DNA of 64,000 nucleotides from a virus. The notes beneath the pieces were generated by a model. The model saw only the letters and a list, made by a program, of their open reading frames with translations, was not told where the DNA came from and did no database searches. This document shows, in pieces, positions 47,608 to 58,268 of this stretch. Each line of letters begins with the position of its first letter. Position 1 is the first letter of the stretch. A program made the position numbers and the translations under genes. The DNA lies in the IMG/VR virus record IMGVR_UViG_3300031951_000028; one strand, given 5' to 3'.

Positions 47608-48613
47608 AGATTATATACCAAACATTATTGAGTTTTTTGGGCTAGATTTAAGATTATATGGAAATAAAATGATAGGGTGTTGTCCAGTCCATAAAGGTGA
47701 CAATAAAACAGCTTTTAATTTATGGCCGCGTTCTGGATTTTGGGTTTGTAGATCTCATAATTGCCATGAAGTTTTTGATAAAACTTTTGATGGCTTTTTA
47801 AAAGGGTTGTATGCAGCGAACTATAAAAATTGGGATGGAGGGGCAAGTATAGATATTTCTGATAAAGAAATAGATACTTTTTATAATCAAATTATTAAAG
47901 GAAATGCTCCAACACCAATATCTATACAACCAACTATTATCAAAAAAACAAAACAATTCAAACCATTAACAGTAGATTATTTTTTACGCAATCTTATATA
48001 TCCATGCCCTTTCTTTTCTAAAAAATTCTCTGAAAAAATTATAAGAGATTTTAAAATTGGATATTGTAATAATCCCAGATACCCAATGTTTGGGAGGAGC
48101 GTGGTCCCGATTATTGAAATGAATAAAGTAATCGGATATCAGGGGCGTTCTGTATTTGAACAGTGTAAAAAATGTTCTGGCTATCATCACCCAAATTCGA
48201 TGTGCGGAGAATTTTTTGAAGGAAAATGGAAATTTAATCCAGGTTTTCATTCAAATAATCATCTTTTTAACTATACTAATGTAGCGGTCGTCCAACCTAA
48301 AACGATCTTTCTTACCGAAAGCGTTGGTAATGTTTTTAGATTAATAGAATTTGGCATACCAAATGCGCTTGCAACTTTTGGGGCAAGATTCTCTCCTTAC
48401 CAAGAAGATAAGGTTAGAATATTACAACCAGAACGTATAGTTTATATAAAAGATAAAGGTCCTGCTGGTGATAAAATCAGCGATTTAATTAAAAAAATAA
48501 CATGGGCAGAAGTAATTATCCCAGAATTAGAATATGAAGATGATGTAGCGGCAGTGACAAAAGAATATTTTCAGGATAAGTTGTTAAAAGATTTGATGGA
48601 ATTAAATATATAA
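47594..48613 (+). CDS. DNA primase (CHC2 zinc finger + TOPRIM)
   Basis: CPVH.GDN..AF...C, R.VVPI...IGYQGR, LTES, D.GPAG, DD. Confidence 0.85.
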   Translation: MLKNKDYIPNIIEFFGLDLRLYGNKMIGCCPVHKGDNKTAFNLWPRSGFWVCRSHNCHEVFDKTFDGFLKGLYAANYKNWDGGASIDISDKEIDTFYNQIIKGNAPTPISIQPTIIKKTKQFKPLTVDYFLRNLIYPCPFFSKKFSEKIIRDFKIGYCNNPRYPMFGRSVVPIIEMNKVIGYQGRSVFEQCKKCSGYHHPNSMCGEFFEGKWKFNPGFHSNNHLFNYTNVAVVQPKTIFLTESVGNVFRLIEFGIPNALATFGARFSPYQEDKVRILQPERIVYIKDKGPAGDKISDLIKKITWAEVIIPELEYEDDVAAVTKEYFQDKLLKDLMELNI

Positions 48614-48614
48614 T

Positions 48615-49364
48615 ATGATTATAGCATTCTCTGGAAGAAAAACCGCAGGAAAAAATACATGCGGTAATTATGTTCTAGGCACTATTTTATGGATGTCTGG
48701 AGTAGTAAAAAATACTTATAAGATAAGTGATAAAGGTGATTTATTAATATCTGATATTTTTGGCGACACGTCAAAAAATGGAGTATTTGATTTAAAATTA
48801 GAATCCCCGTCTTTCCAAGATTTTTTAAATAAGGAAGTCTATCCAATAGTTAAAGTATATAGCTTTGCTGATCCATTAAAGGAGATGTGTAGAGATATAT
48901 TTGGATTAGACCCTCATTTATTGTGGGGCAGTAATGAACAAAAAAATACCTCAACTAATTTAAAATGGGAAGACGTGCCAACTAAAACTTCTAAAAAAGG
49001 CTATATGTCTGTTAGAGAAGTATTAGAATACGTTGGTACTGATTTATTTAGAACAATGTATCAAAACGTGTGGTGCGATGCTTTAATAAGAAAAATTAAA
49101 AATGACAATAGTATGTTCGCAATTATTACTGATGCGCGTTTTGAAAATGAATTTGAGGCCATCCAAAATAATGGTGGAAAAGTAATAAAATTGACCAGAG
49201 GAATAGCTGGTGAGAAAAACGATGTAGATAAATATGAAAATTATGACTATATAATCGATAATAAAAATTTAACAATACCACAACAAAATTTAGAAATAGA
49301 TAAGATTCTTCAAGAAATTAGATTGCATAACTTATTTGGAATAAAGCAAAATGTATATAACTAG
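48615..49364 (+). CDS. Deoxynucleoside monophosphate kinase
   Basis: SGRKTAGK, SFADPLK, RE.L..VGT, TDARF.NE. Confidence 0.88.
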   Translation: MIIAFSGRKTAGKNTCGNYVLGTILWMSGVVKNTYKISDKGDLLISDIFGDTSKNGVFDLKLESPSFQDFLNKEVYPIVKVYSFADPLKEMCRDIFGLDPHLLWGSNEQKNTSTNLKWEDVPTKTSKKGYMSVREVLEYVGTDLFRTMYQNVWCDALIRKIKNDNSMFAIITDARFENEFEAIQNNGGKVIKLTRGIAGEKNDVDKYENYDYIIDNKNLTIPQQNLEIDKILQEIRLHNLFGIKQNVYN

Positions 49365-51267
49365 TATGTCTCCCTCTTCTTATAATGTTGTTGATGAGTG
49401 CCAAATGAAGTATTTCATTGGTAATATTTTAAGAATTAGAGAGCCTGAAAAAATTGCTGCTGAAAAAGGCACCTTCATCCATGAGTATTTAGAAATACTA
49501 GCGCTGTATAAGAAAGCTCATCAAGAAGGTTTACAGACAGTTAGTAACGGCTATCATGAAGTAGAAGTTGTCCCACCAGATGAAATCGATACTCAAGCTT
49601 TGTTTGATATGTTAAAAGCAAACTTTAAGTATAAAAATACTTTTTCTGATAAAGATTATAAAGAATGCAGGGCTTCAATAGATACTGTTTTAGCTTCTTC
49701 AGAAGACCCTAGAAAATTAGAAATAGTAGAAACAGAGCATAAATTCTCTCTAGAAATAGATGAGCCTTGGGCTAACTATTATCATGAAACAGATAAGGGT
49801 ATAGAAAAAGGTAAATATAAAATTAATGGTATCATTGACTTAATTACTAAAGTTGATGATGATACATATAAATTTATAGACTGGAAGCACTTACCTATAA
49901 ATACCAAGATTCCAACTATAGATGGTTGGACTACTATGGGAAAAGTAAAAGTTGGCGACACTTTATTTGATAAAGACGGCAATCCAACAAAAGTCTTAGG
50001 TAAATCAAAAACAAAAGTAAAACCATGTCTAAAGATTAAGTTCGATGATAAAACTGAAGTAATATGTTCTGAAGAACATTTATGGACTCTTGCTGATGGT
50101 TCTGTAAAAATGGCTTGCGAATTAAATTATAGAGATGAGATTCCAGTAGCTAAACCTTTACAGTTAAAAGATATAGAATTGCCTATAGACCCATATTTAC
50201 TTGGTGCTTGGCTTGGAGATGGTAGAAACAGGTCTTGCGAACTCACCAGCGGGGATTTGCAAGTTTTTACTAAATTAAGACATAAAGAATTTAAATTAGG
50301 TAAAAATTTAGAAAAAAGAACTGATACTTATGAAACTAGAACCGTTTTAAATCAGACAGATAAGTTTAGAAAACTTGGGCTGCTAAATAATAAACACATT
50401 CCTAAAATTTATTTTCGCGCATCTGTTAAGCAAAGACTTGAGTTGCTTCAAGGTTTGATGGATACAGATGGTAATATAAATAGAGGTAGAAAACAAGCTG
50501 TTTTTACTAACTGTAGGAAAAGACTTTCTAGTGATGTAAAGGCATTATTATTAACTTTGGGCCAGCGCCCTAATATGTCTAAAATTCATAGAGATACTAT
50601 CTTTAAAAAAGATATAACTGTATATCCTATAGCTTTTAGACCAATAGGTATTAATCCTTTTTCTCTTAAAAGGAAAAGTCCTGACCCTTCTTGGGGTTCT
50701 GGCAATTCTTCTGTGCGTAGAATAGTATCTATTACTAAACTTCGTAAGAATAGAGAAGTCTGTTGTATTTTAGTTGATAGTCCAAGTAATACATTCTTAT
50801 GCACTAAGAATATGATACCTACACACAATTCTGGCAGTAGAAAAGATTGGATTACTGGCGAGATTAAAGATTATGATAAATTATATAATGATATTCAGTT
50901 AAATATTTATCATTATTGTTTGCGTAGATTATATCCACAGACAAAGAATTTTATTGTTACAATTTTCTATACTAAAGATGGTGGGCCGTTTGATTTAGTT
51001 TTTGAAGAGAAAAATGCTCAAGAAACTTTAGAGCGTTTGAAAAAGCAATTTAGAAAAATATCAGAAATAGAAATTCCAAAATTAAGTAGGACTTGGAAAT
51101 GTAAAAATTTCTGTTATTATAGCAAACTCAAGTTAGATAATGCTCCAAACGAGTTTAGAAAAAATCAATTAGATGAAATGGGCGCCCCTATGTGCGCGTG
51201 CAGTCATTTACATGAATTAGTTAAGTTAAATGGTACTTCACAAATTATAAAGGATTTTAAAAAGTAA
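49351..51267 (+). CDS. PD-(D/E)xK nuclease (RecB/AddB-like, Fe-S cysteines) interrupted by an intein
   Basis: SPS...C..KY, GT..H, E..F, GIIDL, IDWK|SG, QL..Y, C-terminal CKNFC...C. Confidence 0.88.
   Translation: MYITSMSPSSYNVVDECQMKYFIGNILRIREPEKIAAEKGTFIHEYLEILALYKKAHQEGLQTVSNGYHEVEVVPPDEIDTQALFDMLKANFKYKNTFSDKDYKECRASIDTVLASSEDPRKLEIVETEHKFSLEIDEPWANYYHETDKGIEKGKYKINGIIDLITKVDDDTYKFIDWKHLPINTKIPTIDGWTTMGKVKVGDTLFDKDGNPTKVLGKSKTKVKPCLKIKFDDKTEVICSEEHLWTLADGSVKMACELNYRDEIPVAKPLQLKDIELPIDPYLLGAWLGDGRNRSCELTSGDLQVFTKLRHKEFKLGKNLEKRTDTYETRTVLNQTDKFRKLGLLNNKHIPKIYFRASVKQRLELLQGLMDTDGNINRGRKQAVFTNCRKRLSSDVKALLLTLGQRPNMSKIHRDTIFKKDITVYPIAFRPIGINPFSLKRKSPDPSWGSGNSSVRRIVSITKLRKNREVCCILVDSPSNTFLCTKNMIPTHNSGSRKDWITGEIKDYDKLYNDIQLNIYHYCLRRLYPQTKNFIVTIFYTKDGGPFDLVFEEKNAQETLERLKKQFRKISEIEIPKLSRTWKCKNFCYYSKLKLDNAPNEFRKNQLDEMGAPMCACSHLHELVKLNGTSQIIKDFKK
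49888..50829 (+). mobile_element. Class 3-type intein (314 aa, His1 to HN) with LAGLIDADG homing endonuclease
   Basis: HLPINTKIPT..GW..MG...VGD (block A), CSEEHLW (B), YLLGAWLGDG and LLQGLMDTDG (C/E), VCCILVDS (F), IPTHN|S (G). Removal restores DWKSG. Confidence 0.9.
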
Positions 51268-51545
51268 TGGTTAGAATAACAATATTAGGAGTAGTTAGTT
51301 CTGTAAATTTAAGAACGGTTGGAGCAAAGCAGTTAAAATTACTTGAGGGGGTAGTATCTTCGCAAGATAAGACTATGATTGAATTTGCATTTCAAACATG
51401 GGGTAAACAAGCGGAAGCGATTTTTGAAAATATCAAAGACGGCGACCAAGTATTAATAGATGGTAAAATTGCTATCGATACTTTTGGTAAGGACAACAAG
51501 ATGTATATAGATGTTTCAGATTTAAGAAAGTGTACGTACAAATAA
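51267..51545 (+). CDS. SSB-like OB-fold protein (short, no acidic tail)
   Basis: TILG.V...WGKQAE......GDQVLIDGKI. Confidence 0.7.
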   Translation: MVRITILGVVSSVNLRTVGAKQLKLLEGVVSSQDKTMIEFAFQTWGKQAEAIFENIKDGDQVLIDGKIAIDTFGKDNKMYIDVSDLRKCTYK

Positions 51546-52213
51546 TGTTTAACACAATTAGTTATTACTATGGTTATTTAAAGTCTGTATTAGGTTTTAA
51601 TAAGATTAATCCAGATAATGTAAAAGTATTTTTAGATGAGTCTCCTGATGATGAGCCGCCAACTTCTGAAAAAATGAATTATAGTGAATATGAGGTTATG
51701 ACAAATACTCAGCCTTATGCTGAAGATTTAGGAGTAGAGGCGCCTAATGAAACTTTTATGGCGGCCAAGAATTATACTTATATGTATTATTCTTACAAAA
51801 ACTATAACAGTAGTTTTGCTGTGAGAGGTTTCTCAAGAGATAAGACAAATCTAATGATACAAAATGCATTAAATGAAATGTCTAAAGTTAGTGGTTTAAA
51901 GATTGTGCCTTGGAAAAAAGGTAAGCCAGTGCATTTTAGTATTCAATTTTCATCTAAAGTATCGCAAAATGCTTTAGCTGTTATGGATAAAAATAATATG
52001 ATTATTTCAACGGTGAGACCAATGACAGAAGCAGTTGTAAAAACTGTAATTCAACATGAGACTTTACATTATTTAAAGTATAAAGCTAATCCTCCAGCAG
52101 ATAAGTGGTATCATTCGCAGGATAAAAAGTGTGTTTATAATATTAATGGCAATGCGCTTTCGTTATGTGCAGCAGAGCAGAATTGGTTGAGGAGTAAATA
52201 TGGACAAGCGTAA
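51545..52213 (+). CDS. Zincin (matrixin-like) metallopeptidase
   Basis: AL..MS.VSGL, IQHETLHYL...HS. Confidence 0.7.
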   Translation: MFNTISYYYGYLKSVLGFNKINPDNVKVFLDESPDDEPPTSEKMNYSEYEVMTNTQPYAEDLGVEAPNETFMAAKNYTYMYYSYKNYNSSFAVRGFSRDKTNLMIQNALNEMSKVSGLKIVPWKKGKPVHFSIQFSSKVSQNALAVMDKNNMIISTVRPMTEAVVKTVIQHETLHYLKYKANPPADKWYHSQDKKCVYNINGNALSLCAAEQNWLRSKYGQA

Positions 52214-52717
52214 GAAAATGAGTATGGTAACAAGAAAAGAAGAATTTTGGACAAGAAAAGATAAGCAAAAAGTAACTGTAGAAAGCATGAATGAATATCA
52301 TGCAAAGAACGCTCTCAGAAAAATGCTGCGCGAAAATCGAACGCTGCGGTCTAAACTAAAGCAAACACAAAAGAATAATAAAGAAATAATTTCTTTTATC
52401 AGAGATATTGGAAAAGAATTTACTAGGATTATAAATAATGGATAATAATTTTATGATGCAAGTGCATTATTCTGTTGGTACAGGCGCAGGCCAAATAATA
52501 GATGAAAACGATATAGAAAAACCTATTGTAATGATGTATTTTGCAAAAAATAAAGAAATTCTAGAGCAGATTGAAAATGAAACAGCTGAATACGATCCAA
52601 CAGACACTAATAATTGGCTTGGTATAGCGCTAACTATTGATGGCGCTAGACATTTGATAGAAGATTTGCAAGAAATGATAGATGAGGCTATACAAGGTCC
52701 TCCTTTAGATAACGAAA

Positions 52718-53098
52718 ATGAATATTAAAAATTTAATTGGCGAAACTCTTGAGTATATTGATATAGACGAAGATAATAATCAAATTTTACTAACTACTAA
52801 AAGTGGTAAAAGAATTATGATTTATCATGGTCAAGATTGTTGTGAAAACGTTCGTATTGTTGATACAATCGGTAATTGGAATAATCTTATAGGTAAAGTA
52901 ATCATTGATACTGATGAAGAAATTATTAGCTCTTCTGATAAAGATGGTTATGATTATAGAACTGAAATTAATTTAACTTTTAAAGTAGATAGTGATACAG
53001 TTATTAGTAAATGGATAGGTGAGTCAAATGGCTACTACAGTGAAAACGTAGATATACAAGAGTTTTCAGTTTATGAATTATTAAAATATTTTGGATAA
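52718..53098 (+). CDS. Conserved phage protein (H.QDCCE.V...W.GESNGYYSE)
   Basis: Motif pattern. Confidence 0.75.
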   Translation: MNIKNLIGETLEYIDIDEDNNQILLTTKSGKRIMIYHGQDCCENVRIVDTIGNWNNLIGKVIIDTDEEIISSSDKDGYDYRTEINLTFKVDSDTVISKWIGESNGYYSENVDIQEFSVYELLKYFG

Positions 53099-53606
53099 GG
53101 GAAAAATGGTTAATTATTTTGTAGGACTGCTTATTTATATAAGCCAAGGTTTTTTAGTTATATTGACTGGTGAGCCAGATATTATGTTCTGCGCCATGGC
53201 TTGGCAAAAAAGAAATGAAAGTAAATTTTGGTCTACATCAAGATATATTGTAGACAATTATGTGTGGCCATTAAGTGTTTGGCGTTATGAAGGTATGACG
53301 CATTGTGAAAGTTGTTTTTGGGCTGAGCAAAAAAGATTAACTGAGCGTATTGAAGAATATGCAAAGTATATAGCAGAAGGTAAACATAAGGACTAAAACA
53401 TGAGAAAGTTAAAGAATTATATAGTTAATTTTACTTATTCAGATGGCCAAGTAAAAGAGGTCGCTATTAGCGCAATGAATAAGCAGACAGCAGAAAAAAA
53501 ACTGCGCAAGCTGCATAGTGTAGCTGCTGTTAATAATATTGTAGAATCTACAGAAGAAAAAATAAATAATAATGTTCCTTTTGATATATAATATAAAGGC
53601 TTCAAA

Positions 53607-54284
53607 TTGAAAAATTCAGTTGAATTATTAGGCTATTATGGTTCAGATGAAGTAATAGCTTGTAGCGCTTGGACTTCTACTAATCGTGAATTGACAGATG
53701 AAAAACGTGAGCGCATACCAAAGTTAATAAAAATGCTTTGGGAAAATGGCCATGAAACTCCTTTTGAAAAAGGCTCGGTCCATTTTCTAGTAAATTGTGA
53801 TATAGCATCACATATTCATCTATTAAAACATAGAATTAGTAGCCTAAACGCTGAGTCTGCCCGATACAAAGAGTTAAAAGAAGATAAGTATTACTTGCCG
53901 GAAGATTGGAATAATATTAAAATATCACATTTAGATCTTGGCTCTCCATCAGACAGTTGGATAGATAGGTTAAAAGAATATACCGAAGAAGGAAATAGAT
54001 TATATCATAAATGTCTTGAAGACCTAACGCCAGTTCTTGGTCGCAAGCGAGCAAAAGAATCGGCCCGTTTCTTCAAAACATACAACAGTCAGATTCAGGC
54101 CGATATAATGTTTAACATGCGCAGCTTTGCGAATTTCTTAAAATTAAGAAGATGCGAACACGCTCAGTTAGAGATTAAAATGATAGCCGATGAAATGTAT
54201 AATATGGTTAAAAATATTGAAGGGCAGCCTTTTAAACATACTTTAGATGTTTGGGCTCAGACTGGGGTTATTAAAAACATATAA
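53607..54284 (+). CDS. thyX: Flavin-dependent thymidylate synthase
   Basis: HETPFE, KHRISSLNAESARY, AKESAR, NMRS..NFLKLR..HAQLEI. Confidence 0.92.
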   Translation: MKNSVELLGYYGSDEVIACSAWTSTNRELTDEKRERIPKLIKMLWENGHETPFEKGSVHFLVNCDIASHIHLLKHRISSLNAESARYKELKEDKYYLPEDWNNIKISHLDLGSPSDSWIDRLKEYTEEGNRLYHKCLEDLTPVLGRKRAKESARFFKTYNSQIQADIMFNMRSFANFLKLRRCEHAQLEIKMIADEMYNMVKNIEGQPFKHTLDVWAQTGVIKNI

Positions 54285-54286
54285 TA

Positions 54287-55891
54287 ATGAAATATATACC
54301 TTTAAATTGTAAAACACATTATTCTGTAAGACAAGCGATGTCTAAACCCACAGATATCAAAACTAGATTAAATAAAATAGGTCTAGATTTGTGCGGTATT
54401 GCTGATTATAGTATTGTTAGCGGGGCGGTTAAATTTAAGGATTCAATCCCTAATGGTATTATAGGTACGGAAATTTGTGATTTAGCTGGAAATAAGACTT
54501 TAATATATGCTAAAAACTATGATGGTTGGAAGCAGTTGTTAAAAATTACTTCTGTAGCTAACAGTAAAAGCGATACTTGTCTTGACAGATATTTATTAGA
54601 TGCGCTGATTACAAATGATTTACTAGTTATATATCTTTATGAGGAAAATAATCCTAAGCATAATTCTTATTATGGTGTTGATTTAAACGCTGATAATTAT
54701 GTTGAAATTAGAAGAATGGCTGCGGCAAAAAATAAAAAAACTGTCGCAGTTCATTCTTCTTTTTTCTCTTCTCCTGAAGATATAGAAGATTTTACAATAT
54801 TATTATCTATCGCTCATAATATCTCTTCTGAGTTAGTAAGATCTGAATTTGCTGAAATCTATAATAAAAAGTATCATATCTTGTCTTATGAAGAAGCGTT
54901 AGAATATGGATACTTGGAACAGGAGTTGCAAAATACTCTAGAACTTGAGTTTGAAGAATATAAACTTAACCGCAATCCTATGCTCCCAAAATTTACTGAT
55001 AAAGGCGATTCAAGCGCTTTATTAAAACAAATTTGTGAAGAGAATTTAGTTGGAAAAGATGAAAGATACAAAAAACAACTAGATTATGAATTAGATGTTA
55101 TAAATCAATACGGTTTAGCAGACTATTTCCTTATAGTTCAAGATGTTATTAAGTACACTAATACTAAACATGGTATGTGTGGCATTAGAGGTTCTGGTGC
55201 TGGTTCAGTCATTTCATTTTTGTCTGGTATTACAGAAGTAGACCCAATTAAATATGGGTTATATTTTGAAAGATTTATTAATCCAGGTAGAATGTCTACT
55301 ACCCATATTCAGCTTCCAGATATTGATATAGATGTCCCGGCTGAAGGGAGAGAGGACGTGATCGAATATATTAAAGAAAAATATGGTAGAGATCGCGTAG
55401 GTCAAATTTTGACATACCAAAGAATTAAAACTCACGCCGCGTTAAAGGCGGTGTTCAGGTCTAATAATAAATTAAGTTTTGATGAAGTCAATCAAATAAC
55501 CAAGTTAATCCCAGACGAAGCTAAAGTAGCTGATAAATTAAAAGAGCATAACTATTCTTCACTTCTTTTGTATGCAATAGAAAATTCTCCTGAAGAATTC
55601 AGACAATGGGTTTATATTAATGATAGAGATGAAATTGATGGAGAATTTAAAAATGAGTTTAATCAAGCCCTTAGACTTGAAGGATTAAATTCTGCAAGAT
55701 CAAAACATGCTGCCGGTGTAATTATAGGACAGGTGCCATTAGATGAAGTTTGCCCAATGATTTGGGACAACTCAAGCAAATCTTTGATTTGCGGTATGGA
55801 AATGGGCGACCTTGAATCTTTAGGATGTATGAAATTAGACATTTTAGGTTTAAGACTGTTCGATAAATTAATTGAAATCTTTGGAGAATAA
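54287..55891 (+). CDS. dnaE: DNA polymerase III alpha, N-terminal half (degenerate PHP + catalytic palm/thumb)
   Basis: THYS, DYFLIV.D, RGSGAGS, LYFERFINP.R, PDIDID, HAAGVII, KLDILGL, then stop. Confidence 0.92.
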   Translation: MKYIPLNCKTHYSVRQAMSKPTDIKTRLNKIGLDLCGIADYSIVSGAVKFKDSIPNGIIGTEICDLAGNKTLIYAKNYDGWKQLLKITSVANSKSDTCLDRYLLDALITNDLLVIYLYEENNPKHNSYYGVDLNADNYVEIRRMAAAKNKKTVAVHSSFFSSPEDIEDFTILLSIAHNISSELVRSEFAEIYNKKYHILSYEEALEYGYLEQELQNTLELEFEEYKLNRNPMLPKFTDKGDSSALLKQICEENLVGKDERYKKQLDYELDVINQYGLADYFLIVQDVIKYTNTKHGMCGIRGSGAGSVISFLSGITEVDPIKYGLYFERFINPGRMSTTHIQLPDIDIDVPAEGREDVIEYIKEKYGRDRVGQILTYQRIKTHAALKAVFRSNNKLSFDEVNQITKLIPDEAKVADKLKEHNYSSLLLYAIENSPEEFRQWVYINDRDEIDGEFKNEFNQALRLEGLNSARSKHAAGVIIGQVPLDEVCPMIWDNSSKSLICGMEMGDLESLGCMKLDILGLRLFDKLIEIFGE

Positions 55892-56081
55892 TATGGTCTT
55901 TAAAGAACTAGCAGTTGGTGATTTATTCACAACAAATAATAATCAAGATATAGTTTATAAAAAGATAGAGCCACAAAAAAGAAACCCAAGAGGGTGTGGT
56001 TGCGATAAGGTAAATGCTGAAAATACGGCCGATAATACAAGGTTGAAATTTTCAGATTTTATGACAGTGCAAAAGATATAG
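55872..56081 (+). CDS. Small hypothetical protein between the dnaE halves
   Basis: ORF track; FKELAVGDLF...CGC. Confidence 0.65.
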   Translation: MKSLENNMVFKELAVGDLFTTNNNQDIVYKKIEPQKRNPRGCGCDKVNAENTADNTRLKFSDFMTVQKI

Positions 56082-56088
56082 GATAATT

Positions 56089-56772
56089 ATGGATAGTACA
56101 ATAATAGTATTTGATTTTGAAACAACTCATTTGGACGCTGGAACCGCCGCGTGTGATGCAATAGAGTTGGCGGCTTGCGCGATTCACTCTAAAACTTTAG
56201 AAATTGTGAAAGACAGCGAATTTTTTGTAAATATTAGGCCAGATAATATAGAAGACCCAGATTATTACAAGAATCATAAGTCTACTATAGACTGGCATGT
56301 TGGTTTACAAAAAGGTAATACTGTAGATAGACTGATTGAAAAGTGGAAGGCTGGTACTCCTGAGAAACAAGCGTGGAAAATGTTCCATGATTATGTTAAC
56401 CAGTATAATCACACTAAAACTTGGCGAACAGCGCCAATCGCAGCTGGTACAAATATTTCTGATTTCGATTTAAAGATTTATGATTATTTAAATCAAAAAC
56501 ATAAGATGAAACCTTGTTTTCATAAGAGGGATAAGATAGATATTAAAGATTTATGTTTTTATTGGTTCGCGTTTAATCCAGACCCACCAAAATCTTTTAA
56601 AATGGATGATTTAAGACCTTATTTTGCTCTTGGTACAGAAAAAGCTCATAATGCATTGTTTGACGTACAACAAGAAGCAACTATTATATCTAATTTCTTA
56701 AAAGTGTTTAAGAAGTATGGTAAGCAAGTAACATTAAGAGGAATGTGCGGAAAAACTGCAAGCGCTTATTAA
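56089..56772 (+). CDS. DEDDh 3'-5' exonuclease (DnaQ/epsilon-like)
   Basis: FDFETT (ExoI), N.S.FD (ExoII), AHNALFDV (ExoIII). Confidence 0.9.
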   Translation: MDSTIIVFDFETTHLDAGTAACDAIELAACAIHSKTLEIVKDSEFFVNIRPDNIEDPDYYKNHKSTIDWHVGLQKGNTVDRLIEKWKAGTPEKQAWKMFHDYVNQYNHTKTWRTAPIAAGTNISDFDLKIYDYLNQKHKMKPCFHKRDKIDIKDLCFYWFAFNPDPPKSFKMDDLRPYFALGTEKAHNALFDVQQEATIISNFLKVFKKYGKQVTLRGMCGKTASAY

Positions 56773-56780
56773 TAAATATT

Positions 56781-58268
56781 ATGGAAATTGATTATAATTA
56801 CGGACCTGCTTGGGATTTGATATGTTCCGGCAATACTATTGGTATTTTCCAATTAGAAAGTAGTATTGGCCAACATTATAGTAAACTTATTAAGCCAAGA
56901 AGTATAGAAGAATTGGCAGACGTTATCAGTCTAATTAGACCTGGTTGTCTTCAAGCATATATGGAAGATGGTAAAAATCTTACAGAACATTATGCAATGC
57001 GCAAGCATGGTCATGAAGAAGCCTCGTATCTAATTCCTCAATTAGAATCTGTATTGAAAGATACTTATGGTATCTTAGTATATCAAGAACAAGCAATTTC
57101 TATCGGTACAAAACTGGCTGGTTTATCTCCTGGCGATGCTGATTATTATATTAGAAAAGTCATCGGTAAAAAGAAAACTGATATGATAGAGCAAACTGTC
57201 AAGTTAATTCTAGATGGTTTTAAAAAGAATGGTATTAACGAGAAGAAAGGCTTAGAGTTAGTTAATTGGATTAAAGCAGGTCAACGCTATTCGTTTAATA
57301 AGTCTCACGCAGTCGCGTTCGCATATCATTCATATAAATCAGCTTACGCAAAAGCTTTAAAGATGGAAAAGTTTTTCCAAGTTTATTTAAAGCACGCGAA
57401 GCATAAAATTAAACCGAAGATAGAAATTAGAAAGATAGTGCAAAATGCACGCGCCTCTGAAATAGATATAGGCCAGCCAGACATCAGACTTAAAAATAAA
57501 GAGTTTGATATTATTAATGGTAAAATTCATGTTGGCATAACTGATATAAAAGGTGTAGGAGATAGAATCTATACTATCATAGAGCAGTCTGAGATACCAG
57601 ACACTTGGTTTGGGTTTTTGACAAACTTGGCACCTAAATTAAAAAGCTCAGCAATTCCATTAATTCAAGCCGGATGTTGTGATTTCTATCATTTAGATAG
57701 GAAAAGAATGGAGTATGAGGTCAAGATTTTTGAGCGATTTTCGGATTTAGAAAAAAAGAAAATTAAAGATTTAAGCAAGCCAGATTTACTTTCATCTGTA
57801 TCTATGGCTGTTGATACTTTGAAATTAGCTAAAAATAGAAAAATTGTATTTGAGGCAGCTTTAAAGGATTTAGAACAACCGGCCTATACTTTAGAATATA
57901 GTTGCGAACAACTAGAAAAAATGGAAATTGACCTGATTGGCGCTCCTTTGTCTTGTACTAGATTAGATGGTAATATTAAAACAGCAGTAACAAATGTATA
58001 CTGTATTGATGTTATAAAAGGAAATATTCCTAAAAAGGCTATTTTGGCTGGTATAGTTAGGGAGCCACGATTTATCAAAACTAAAAAAGGTGATGATATG
58101 TGCTTCTTTAGTTTAGAAGATCATACAGGAACAGTATCAGATTTAGTTGCATTTAAAGAATGTGTGGAAGAATATAGATATAATATAGTTGAAGATTTAA
58201 CTGTATTAGTTGAGGGCGTTAAATCAAATAAAGGAACTCTAATTATAAACAGAGTAATAGAAATATAA
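56781..58268 (+). CDS. dnaE: DNA polymerase III alpha, C-terminal half (fingers, HhH, OB)
   Basis: GNTIGIFQLES, LIRPG, TYGILVYQEQ, YSFNKSHAVA, IKGVG, KTKKGD.M.F..LED. Confidence 0.92.
   Translation: MEIDYNYGPAWDLICSGNTIGIFQLESSIGQHYSKLIKPRSIEELADVISLIRPGCLQAYMEDGKNLTEHYAMRKHGHEEASYLIPQLESVLKDTYGILVYQEQAISIGTKLAGLSPGDADYYIRKVIGKKKTDMIEQTVKLILDGFKKNGINEKKGLELVNWIKAGQRYSFNKSHAVAFAYHSYKSAYAKALKMEKFFQVYLKHAKHKIKPKIEIRKIVQNARASEIDIGQPDIRLKNKEFDIINGKIHVGITDIKGVGDRIYTIIEQSEIPDTWFGFLTNLAPKLKSSAIPLIQAGCCDFYHLDRKRMEYEVKIFERFSDLEKKKIKDLSKPDLLSSVSMAVDTLKLAKNRKIVFEAALKDLEQPAYTLEYSCEQLEKMEIDLIGAPLSCTRLDGNIKTAVTNVYCIDVIKGNIPKKAILAGIVREPRFIKTKKGDDMCFFSLEDHTGTVSDLVAFKECVEEYRYNIVEDLTVLVEGVKSNKGTLIINRVIEI

Noticed and set aside
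49351-51267. Cas4/CRISPR system
   Set aside because: The nuclease is a stand-alone phage PD-(D/E)xK enzyme in a replication cluster; no repeat-spacer array or other cas genes were seen in the window.
55800-56850. Split intein or group I intron joining the dnaE halves
   Set aside because: No intein blocks at either end; the intervening DNA is almost fully occupied by two ORFs with no evident intron core.
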